Part shown: positions 54,335 to 64,000 of the stretch, one piece after another
Layout of the letters: each line of letters opens with the position of its first letter
How positions within the stretch are numbered: position 1 is the stretch's first letter
Source: Octopus sinensis
Taxonomy: Eukaryota
NCBI RefSeq assembly: GCF_006345805.1
Contig: NC_043006.1
Coordinates: 77,438,001-77,502,000 of the forward strand
Length of the DNA stretch: 64,000 nt
Direction of reading: 5' to 3'
Translations under genes and position numbers: made by a program
The notes under the pieces: model-generated
Database searches by the model: none
Seen by the model: only the letters and a program-made list of their open reading frames with translations
Told to the model about the DNA's origin: nothing

Positions 54335-56530
54335 CTATGTTTGACTTTTGCTTTATGTCTGTACAAGTTGGCTCCAAGTCTCACCCAGAGACCTCAAGAG
54401 ACAACAGGTTGGAAGTTCTGTGCCATATATTTGGTTTTTTTTTTTTTTTGGTGTTGTACTAGTGAAAGTCTAATACTTAAAAATAAAATAAAAAATAAAA
54501 GAATAAAATGAAATAAATAAATAAGTAAAAAAAAGTTTGTTTTAAACCTTGGGATTACATAGAGAGTATTTTGCGTAGGATATGAGCAGTTCACATGAGC
54601 ACTATCTTTTGAATTTCTGCCATTTTGGGGTTTCCTGGTATCTGAGTTAGGTAGCAATTAGTCCCTTTCGCTATCATTCCCAGGGCACCTATGACAACAG
54701 GTATTGTTTTAGTCTTCAGCTTCCACATTTTGCTGATTTCTATTTCAAGATATTTATATTTGCTCAGTTTTTGGTAGGTCTTGACAGATACGTTTATATC
54801 GATTGGGACAGTCATATCAATGAGGAGGCATGTTCTTTGTCTGAAGTCTTTCAATATGATGTCTGGCCTATTTGCATCTATCTTCCTGTCAGTTTGAATG
54901 GTGAAGTTCCAGAGGAGTGAGATGTGGTCATTTTCAAGCACTGGAGGTGGATTGTATTCCCACCAGTTTTTTCATGGGGCAAATCCAGGTTTTTGCAAAT
55001 TACCCAGTGAATATATTGTGCAGCTCTATCATGTCTGTTGAGGTACTCTGTAGGCGCTAGAAGACTGCATTTGGAGACAACATGATCAATTGTTTCATTT
55101 TGTTGTCGGCATACACGACATGTTGGGCTACTGCCGTTCTTTAATATGTTGGCCTGGTAGTTTCTTGTTGGTAGGCATTGATCTTGAGCTGCTATGATAA
55201 ACCCCTCTGTTTCAGATTTTAAGCCAGAGGCCATTAGCCATTGATGGATCAGGGCTTTGTCAATATCTGCATTATTCGCTCTCTTTGGGTATTTGCCATA
55301 GAGAGGTTTTTCTTGCCATTTATTATTCAGAATATCTAAGGCCGCAGTTTTGGCACGGGTTTTCATGAGCTTAGCTTTTTCTGTGCTTGTTTCTTGTATG
55401 TCTATCTCTAATTCCGAAATTGGTTGTATTCGGAATTCACTTAGATATTCATTTGCCTGTTTTGTGACTGAGTATGATGCTTTCTTGTTTTCATGTTTTG
55501 AGACAAGTTTTAACATCAAGTCCTCAGAGTTTCTCAGGTAGGTGTCTAGGCCAATTGTAGCAATCTTCATTGTTATTGCCAGTTGTAAAAGACCACGACC
55601 TCCCTCGTTTCTTGGCAGATAGAGTCGTTCTGTATCTGCCTTAGGGTGGTGCATTCTATGCATTGTCAACAGTTTCCTTATTTTTCTGTCGAGCTGACAT
55701 ATTTCAGTAATTGACCAGTTAACAATATTGAAACTGTAAGTCACGACTGGTATAGCTAATGCATTGATCGCTTCGATCCTGTTTCTTGCATTCAGCTCTG
55801 TCTTGAGTATTGATCTCACTCTTCGATAGCATTCTCTCCTGATCCTTTCCTTCATCTCTGAATGCCTTATTCCGTTCCCTTCAATTACCCCTAGGTACTT
55901 GTAGCTCTCCGCTGGGTCTAGTTCTTTTATGACATTCTGCTGGTCAAGGTTAACGTTAGACGCATCTGTCAGTTTTCCTTTGATAAAGGTAGCTTTTGCA
56001 CATTTATCGAGGCCGAATTGCATTCTGATGTCGTCACTGAATTATTTGACTATCGCTAGTAAGCCCTTGAGTTGTTGGTAATTTTTTGCAAAAAGCTTTA
56101 AATCATCCATGTAAATGAGATGATTTATATTTTTATCAAACATTTTATAACCATACTGCGCATCATTGAGCAGCTTTGAGAGAGGTATTAAGGATAAACA
56201 AAAGAGGAGTGGTGACAGTGAGTCACCCTGGAAAATGCCACACGAAATTTTTACATCACCAGCATTTAGGGATTCAGTGTCACTGTTCAGAGTTAGTGTG
56301 GTTCTCCATGATCTCATACTTACATTCAAGAAGTTTCGCAGAGTAGGTGCTATCTTATACATTTCCAGGCATTTCCTAATCCAGCTATGTGGTAGGCTAT
56401 CAAAAGCCTTTTTATAGTCTATCCAGGCTATTGATAAGTTTTTGTGTCGTTTGTGACAATCTTCTAAGATCATCTTATTGATGAGTAGTTGGTCTTTACA
56501 GCCGTAAGATCCACGTTTACATCCACGTTT
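54335..56530 (-). mobile_element. 5'-truncated R2-superfamily (R4/Dong-like) LINE: RT + CCHC + REL endonuclease
   Basis: [32 protein letters not shown]...ETIDHVVSKC, RPDIILKD...LIDMTVP...KLSKY. In-frame stops near 56042 and 54591, frameshift near 54965; (TAA)n tail. Confidence 0.95.
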
Positions 56531-56623
56531 ATTATTATTATTATTATGATTATTATTATTATTATTATTTTTATTATTGTTATTGTTATTATTATTATTG
56601 TTATTATTATTATTATTATTATT

Positions 56624-56675
<52 letters not shown>

Positions 56676-56690
56676 GTAATAATAATAATG
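56530..56690. repeat. (ATT)n switching to (AAT)n: self-complementary microsatellite
   Basis: Switch at about 56626. Confidence 0.95.
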
Positions 56691-57193
56691 GTGATGGTTT
56701 GTGGTGGGCGTTAACTTTTTCTACAAATATGATATTAGTCTTTAGCTGTTAAGCCACGTTGCCGAATGTGTACCATAATGTATATTTTGTTTCTTTACAT
56801 GATATGATGCATCAACCGTATATTATTTCAAAACATTTCAAAATCCTTCACAACGAAGTTTTGCAGTAAGGCAGTAAAACTTACGGGAACAAAATAGAAA
56901 AATTAACTGAAAAGGGAATAACGAAAACCAAAATAGTTTTATTGGAATTTTCTCAATGTTTTATATTCTTCTTCTTAAATATGATCATCAATTATGTTCT
57001 CCACTGCTACGATATACATATGAAGTACTGAGAAATAATATTTAAAGTTGCGCTTGCTATCGAGCGATCAATCACTGAGAAATAACTATAACTGTGAACA
57101 GAAGTAACGAAATTGCTGTAGTATGATATATAAGATTGATTGGTGGGAATTGGGGTTGAGTGAAGAGGAATATGTTTTGATTAAATATTGGTT

Positions 57194-57375
57194 TATGCCT
57201 GAAGAACTGAATATCTTCTAAAATAAACGTAGAAGCATTTTGATCTTTAGTGTTTCTAATAGTTTACCCGCCGCAAAACATGTCCTCATAATAGGAATCT
57301 GCATATATGTGTATGTGTGTATTCGTGTATGTATATATGCACTTATGTATACATAAATACACGCATACATACTAC

Positions 57376-57438
<63 letters not shown>

Positions 57439-57443
57439 TATAT

Positions 57444-57490
<47 letters not shown>

Positions 57491-57687
57491 ACACATATAT
57501 ATATATATATATGTATGCGTGTATTTATGTATACATGAGTGCATATGTACATACACGAATACACACATACACATATATGCAGATTCCTATTATGAGGACA
57601 TGTTTTGCGGCGAGTAAACTATTAGAAACACTAAAGATCAAAATGCTTCTACGTTTATTTTAGAAGATATTCAGTTCTTCAGGCATA
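57194..57687. repeat. Inverted duplication, about 178 bp arms (57194-57371 / 57510-57687)
   Basis: Arms are reverse complements with about 3 mismatches; microsatellite spacer. Confidence 0.92.
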
Positions 57688-59719
57688 TATATATATATAT
57701 ATATATATAACACACACACACACACACCACACATATATATATATATACATATACATTCTGATGCCATTGATCACAATGATGTTGATGACGACGACGATGT
57801 AGGGAAATTTGATCTTGAAATCGAAAGATAATGAACATTAGAATTTTAAGAAGAGAGGAAGGGAAATTCTCCGTGTTATTTGATGTTGCAAAATTGAACT
57901 TGGTGTTTCACAATTTATAAAAGCATAAATGGAAAGCATTAAGCGAAACAATACTACGTACAGGCTTGGACTAAAATGAAATGGATTCAACTTTTAGAAG
58001 TCAAAAATGCAAGCACTTAAATTCAGGCATAACATTAAATGCACCTATGGGTTTATTATATTATATATGATCATTACACAAAATAATGCGTTCGCAATAG
58101 ATGTAGTTCTTACAAAGACACTCAAACAACTAACCTGAAGCATATTTTTCACTTTCCTCACAATTTTTATTGTGTTTATCTTTTATCGAGCTTAAACGTG
58201 TTGAAATTCCAATCAAGACGTATAAGAATGTAAAAGCAATTATGGTTTTATGAAATCACACTCTGTATTTCCGTAAAGACAATATATTTGAAATCTGAAG
58301 TGAAGCTTGGAAATTATGTTTATCTTTTTTTTTTCAGATTTAATGTTCTCGCAGTCTTTAGCCGATATATTTATGAGAATCTCACAGAGAAAATTTCTAT
58401 TAATTCTACACAATGCTCTTCCTTTCAAATTCTTCGTTCATTGATGCTGTGATTTAATGGGGTTTTGTGATTAAGAGAGATTTCACATCTGAAATGTGTA
58501 ATTACACCGAACCGCACGCACTGGTCGCTGTAAGGCGTCACAAAATGTAAAGACAGGATTCACATCCCCCACATAATTCCTAACTAGGGAGCTGCTCTTG
58601 ACTGTCGCAAGTCGTTCAATCTGATGCCATAAAAACACTCCCTCCAAACGCACACCCTCTCTTTACATTAGATTCCATTCTATATTTTTAATTTAATTTT
58701 AACAACGACTGCTTGACCACAACTATAAACATCTCCGCATCCCTATTTACATTAGATTCTTATTGTTTTTGTTTTTTTTCCTTCCTAACCAACAACTTCC
58801 TTACTTAACCACCTGTGGTTGAAGTGCTAGGATGGCACCACCGCCGTAGAAAATGTAAAACTTTTAACATTTGAAGCATATTATGTCTCCCGATGAAGCT
58901 CTTTTGCACTGAACATCTGAAACGAAACTGTTAATATAATAACGCTTCTCAAAATTTGAAACTAATATTAAATAAACCGATGACGTAGTTATGTAAAAAT
59001 GAATAGGTGCAGGAGTGGCTCTGTGTTAAATAGAATATTCCGGAGGATATTCACTATCTACTTCAATTACTGCTTCTCATTTGCTTGACAGTCTGTCGGA
59101 ATAATCATTATAAAGATGTTTTTGTTAAATATTGTTATTGGTTTTGGTGGATAAAATTTATTTCAAAAAGCCGCAATAATTATGCACCATCCTAATAATT
59201 AAACTGAAACATGTTAGGATTTATCACAATTTTGCCATGTTCGGACACAGTGGCTGCTGCTGCAATGCGCACATTCTAATTTCAATTAATTTTAACTAAT
59301 TAAAATTTCGGGTTTTATTTTATAGGCATACATGACCAGAGCTGATAATTAACCTAATAATTACTTTTTCTAACAAGAATAAAATTTTATCTAATTAAAA
59401 TTTATTGTTTCTCTCTGCATGAAGCAAATTTGAAACGAACTTATTTTTTTCTCATGCTTAGTATATTTCCGGGTACATTCTAAATGATTTATTGTCACAC
59501 AAAGACACGTATACAAACACTCACACGCAAACAGACACATACACACACATACACATGCACACACACACATACACACGGGTACACTCATACACACATAAAC
59601 AGAAAAACACACACATACATATACACACACATATTTATATGTTTGTGTGGTTGAAAACAGTTTGATTCAACTTCGTTGGTACACTTGAGTTTCAAGCGTG
59701 ATGCTACTCGTCAGCCATG

Positions 59720-60012
59720 ACGATAAGCATCGGGCATGAAACTCAAGAGTACCTACGAATAAACACATTGACGAGGAAGTGAAAACTGTAGTGAAGAAAT
59801 GGCTCAAAGAACAGTCAACAGAATTTTACGGGGCAGGGATACACGCTCCCATTTGAAGGTGGAACATTGCTATAGAGAGTAACTGTAACTACGTTGAGAA
59901 GTAGGGATGTGATCCACAGAGGACTAGCTTCATTTTGTTGTATGATACATGTTCCTGTGTTGATAATTATATCTGTCCTAAATAAAATGGCATTACCTTT
60001 TGACTCACCCCC

Positions 60013-60014
<2 letters not shown>
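59720..60014 (+). mobile_element. 3' part of a mariner transposon with right TIR
   Basis: DEEVKTVVKKWLKEQSTEFY.AGIH...RW...YVEK*; ends cattaccttttgactcacccccg-TA. Confidence 0.8.
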
Positions 60015-60059
<45 letters not shown>

Positions 60060-60596
60060 ATATATATATAATATATATATATATATATTTATAATAGGAT
60101 TAGCTTGTATACGAGTAGGTATATATTTGTAAAAAATGAAGTTCGAAAATGCTGCTATATTATACAATTTTTAATTTTTATATATACATTATATCATGTT
60201 TCAGCTCCTGAAATGAACCTTATCAAAAAAAGTTATATATAAAAAAGACAGCTCATGCCGTCAACACAAGAAATTCATTTATAATACACAACGGAGTCAG
60301 ACATCTTAGAGTTCATGTATAGTTGATATATAGTTTGAAGTAAGTTCATTCATGCTATATGTTCAAAGTGTTCGATGCAGTGGCCCACGGTGCCGATACG
60401 TATTCAATATAAAAAACAGATCAAAGTGGTGGAAAGCAGTCAATACAGAAGATTGATGTTTCCGAAAGAGCGAGGAATTCATTTTTACCGTAAGCAATTG
60501 TGATGACCCATGGTGGGTGTTCGCTGGGTGGTTCTAGTGAGTCTTGTGAATTGCTCGGTTTTATAATGCCTGTTAGGTGGTCTGTCCAGCGTAGCG

Positions 60597-60930
60597 TGAC
60601 GTCATCAACGTTTTGACCAATCGTTTCGTTAGGTGGCTTTAGTCAAGCAGAACGGGACGTCATCATCATTTTGACCAATCGCTGTATTATAAGTGCCTCT
60701 TGTCCGTTTCCTGTTTTGACCAGTCGCTTCGTTAGTCAAGCAGAACGGGACGTCATCCAGATTCTGCCCAATCATGACTTATAGCTACATTAGATCTGCC
60801 CCCTGTCTGTACTTGTTAGGTGACTAGTCAAGCAGAAAAGGACGTCATCAATATTCTGACTAATGACTGTCCCCTGTTTGTATCCTGTCCATTCTAGCAG
60901 AACTAGACGTCATCAACTTGTTGACCAATC
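60597..60930. promoter_or_regulatory. Array of five GACGTCATC(A/C)-N6-TG(A/C)C(C/T)AAT modules (CRE-like + CCAAT-like) in the PLE pLTR
   Basis: Units start at 60598, 60656, 60749, 60841 and 60906; the spacer is exactly 6 nt in every unit while its sequence varies. Confidence 0.6.
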
Positions 60931-61099
60931 AGAATCGGGTCTGACCCTTAGCTGTATCGTATGTATCAGGGTCAGATTTGCACGAAATAATTTTTTTCCC
61001 TTTTTTACTAAGGCATATTTCCGTCAGTGCGAGTGTCTGTTTAGGGTAGCAGCCGTGGTGGAATTTTGCTTCTCCTTTTCGGAGGACTTATCTTTTGTT

Positions 61100-62062
61100 T
61101 TAGTATTCCTGGCCCAGGGTGTTTAAACTTGGTCTAAATTTTTTTATGAAATATAGTTCTTTATTTTGGCGTTGTGTGAAGGTTGCGTTGTCACTGAATT
61201 TATAGAGCGGGTTAGTTGTAAATTTCGGATTTACATTTCCAGCACATCTATCTATGTGTCCGCTGACCGGTATTTTGCGGTAATCAGGGTTTCTAATTTG
61301 TGATTTATGCACCGCCATCCTGTTACGTAAGCTATTTTTTGTATGGCCTATATACTGCCTATTGCAGCCTGCGCATGTTATGACGTAAATTAAGTTTTCT
61401 GATGCGCAGGTGAAGTTTGTTCTAATGGTGAACTGGTGGCCTTGTTCCAGTATAAATTCTGATCCTTCTTTCAAGATGACACAGATTCCGCAGTTGGGCC
61501 TTTCACATTTTCTAACTGCTGGTTTTGTGGTTGATGTTGAGTGCAGTGTAGCTTGGGTTAAAATCCTTTTCAAGGATTTTGGTTGCCGTTTACTTTTAAT
61601 GATGGTGTGTGTTTCGAGGATCCGGTTCATTTTTGGGTCTCCCTTTAGTAGGGCTGTGCTTTGTAGTATGGTGTGGAAGGCCTCATTGTTGAGTGGGTTG
61701 TGTGTAGAGATGTAGGGAAGGGTTTTTAATTGTTCTTTCTTTTTTGGTTTTGTTTGTCTCAGGTCTTCTATACTTAATTTAAGTACCCGTTGGATTGCAC
61801 TGTCTATTAGGGGCTGTGGAGAGTTTCTATTTGTGAGTGTGGTTCTAAGTTCCTGGAGACGTGTGTGTCGGGTGTTTGTGTCTGATATTATGGTGCAAAT
61901 CCTTCTAGCTAAACAAAAAGGGACATTCATTCTAGTGTGTCGTGGGTGGCATGAATCAAAGGGTAGGTACTGTTTAGAGTCTGTCGGTTTATAGTAGATA
62001 TCTGTCTCTGTTTTGTTGCCGGTTTCCTTAATGAGGATGTCTAAAAATGGTAATTCTTTATG
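61100..62062 (-). CDS. PLE polyprotein C-terminus (RT thumb, Cys-rich linker, GIY-YIG endonuclease), 5'-truncated
   Basis: Open frame HKELPFLDILIK...YYKPTDSKQYLPFDSCHP...KCERPNCGIC...NLIYVITCAGCNRQYIGHT...RMAVH...E..FIKKFRPSLN. The linker cysteines suggest the Neptune clade. Confidence 0.9.
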   Translation of the reverse strand, partial: HKELPFLDILIKETGNKTETDIYYKPTDSKQYLPFDSCHPRHTRMNVPFCLARRICTIISDTNTRHTRLQELRTTLTNRNSPQPLIDSAIQRVLKLSIEDLRQTKPKKKEQLKTLPYISTHNPLNNEAFHTILQSTALLKGDPKMNRILETHTIIKSKRQPKSLKRILTQATLHSTSTTKPAVRKCERPNCGICVILKEGSEFILEQGHQFTIRTNFTCASENLIYVITCAGCNRQYIGHTKNSLRNRMAVHKSQIRNPDYRKIPVSGHIDRCAGNVNPKFTTNPLYKFSDNATFTQRQNKELYFIKKFRPSLNTLGQEY

Positions 62063-64000
62063 TTATAATGTATATATAAAAATTAAAAATTGTATAATAT
62101 AGCAGCATTTTCGAACTTCATTTTTTACAAATATATATATATATACTTACTTATTGTATAAATATATATGCAAATAGTAGGTGTGTGCGTGAGGCAGAGA
62201 GAGAGAGAGAGAGAGAGGACAGAGAGAGAAAGAGACAGACAGACAGAAGGAGGAGTGGGGCAATAAATCCTGAATTAGCAAGAGGTGCATTTTAGTATTC
62301 ATTTACATAGTAAAAATGGTGTCTTGAAAAGACTGTATTATCAAGCAATCGCTCTCTCAGCATATTGTAAAAATCCATTAGTGTAAAAATCAATAAATGT
62401 GTGATGTACTAATCGCATATGTAGTGCTTATATTACATCTTCGAGAAAAGAAGGAAAAAAATTCCCCTTAGCAAAATAAATAAATAAATGGTTAGGGACA
62501 AATTCACTGTTCCAATCAATAATATATGCGCGGTGAATTGCCTTCCGCAATGTGGAGATCTTTCTTGTAATTAATTTACAAAAGACACACACAAGGAAAA
62601 AACTGGTATGCTGTGTCGGGAGAAGTTGGATAAAATAAAAATTTCGAAAATAGCCCAATATGTAAATCTAAGATCTCCGAAGTGCGATACCGAAATATTC
62701 AGTCGAGTACTCACTACAACATGACGTATTTCACGCTCATTCGCGATACAAGAAGCAGCTGTAATATAAACTTGCGTATACATACACCCACGTACATAAC
62801 CGTGTACAGACCCGCACGTATGAATATGCACACTCACATATTACATACATAAACATGAAATTTAAGTCAATCTTTAAGACAATGCATAAGTGCATGTAAC
62901 GTGTTGGTTTCTGCACTGTTTCTACGTATCTAATTTACCTTACAATGCATTTTGCCACGCACGAAGGTCGAACCATGAACCATTTATTTGCAAAATGAAC
63001 GTTTTAAGCATAGATTGATAGTGAGAATAAGCTATCAGTAAAATATTTAATTTGATGGCAAAAAATACTGATTTACAAAAAAATATATATATTATAAGAG
63101 TTGAACAATAGGTCCTCGACACAAATGGGTATAAAATCTCATCGTTTATTTATTTATTTATATGCTTATTTATATATCTTTATATCTATTTATTTTTGAT
63201 TTGACAGTTAAGAAAGAAACGAAAAACTGCTAAAATCAAGATGAGAAAAAAAACTAACAATTATTCAAAACTACAGAGTGTAGAAGAATCAGTGATTCAG
63301 AACAACAGAATCGAAATGATCGGTGTTACTATGAGACACAGCAGATTGGAAAATATATCGACCGAGTTTGGTAAGCAGAACCTATCCAAGGATAAATTAC
63401 TTCACAGAAAGCTATTTCTTTAGTAATTTTTTTTATATGATATCCAACGAAAATCAAAAAAGACGATATGAGTAAACAATTCCATTCTTTGAATAGGGTT
63501 CCATCATTATAAAAATCACTAATATCATGATTTGTAGTTTGTGGGATTTGTGAGAACATATATCAAACGAACGTGATTTACATCGAAAATAAAATTATCG
63601 ATTAGATTTTCAACTGAATCTTGTTGACGTAATGGAGATGAACGCGCTAAAGACGAGTAAAATAGATCATGCAAGCATTGAAAAGCTGTAATTTTCTAAT
63701 CTATTACTCGTAAATAAACAGAGCTATATATGCTATTTCAATCAAATCATACAAAAACCTGATTATCGTGCGAGAAGTAGAACACGATGGTTTATTTTCT
63801 CTTCACATCTGACGATTTATTTCATGTATGTTAGTAGATATTGACACCTATCTGAATAAGCTTAAATTAAACTATTTTCTTTTATTATTTTATATGAATT
63901 ATGCACACGTAAATAAATAAGAAAAGTATTTAGATCTGGATATAGTGTTACAAAATTCACTTTATGTACATTGATTGAAACACTATTTTCAAACAAGAAA

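Larger units (their letters stand above)
60120..62137 (-). mobile_element. 5'-truncated PLE with intact RT-thumb/GIY-YIG frame, pLTR, and about 73 bp inverted ends
   Basis: 62064-62137 is the reverse complement of 60120-60193; degenerate HHR at 60193-60226; inserted in (TA)n. Confidence 0.92.

Noticed and set aside
56509-56530. Apparent 10 bp duplication ATCCACGTTT at the LINE 5' junction
   Set aside because: It reads as native RT sequence ([10 protein letters not shown]), so it cannot be called a junction duplication.
58885-58935. CCGATGAAG...GAAAC hammerhead-like text
   Set aside because: Core mutated and no convincing stem II or stem I.
60597-60930. Repeat-spacer appearance suggestive of CRISPR
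   Set aside because: Eukaryotic context, irregular 58-93 nt periods, related spacers and no cas genes; it lies inside a PLE pLTR.

Overview
AT-rich eukaryotic genomic DNA, intronic or intergenic. The SINE families and the extreme (TA)n/(CA)n/(GATA)n load resemble an octopus (cephalopod) genome; this is inferred from repeat recognition only. No host protein-coding gene can be confidently called, and most ORFs in the track are microsatellite or antisense-TE artefacts. The window is a transposon landscape: at least five tRNA-headed SINE families, many Penelope-like element (PLE) pseudo-LTRs (pLTRs) carrying minimal type I hammerhead ribozymes (HHRs), two 5'-truncated PLEs with GIY-YIG coding sequence and inverted ends, a full-length decayed mariner plus other Tc1/mariner remnants, an R4/Dong-like REL LINE in a (TAA)n tract, a Helitron with canonical ends, a Ty3/gypsy gag-protease relic and a CR1/L2-like 3' end. 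Local rearrangements include a 1.4 kb tandem duplication, an A-S-A'-S inverted duplication and a fold-back hairpin. The most interesting signals are the PLE hammerhead set (an intact copy at 34533-34592, a head-to-head pair at 4235-4392, and a recurrent CUGUNGA core variant), a fixed-spacing CRE-CCAAT array in a PLE pLTR, and modular SINE tails, including one covarying with a LINE tail and one carrying half a hammerhead.
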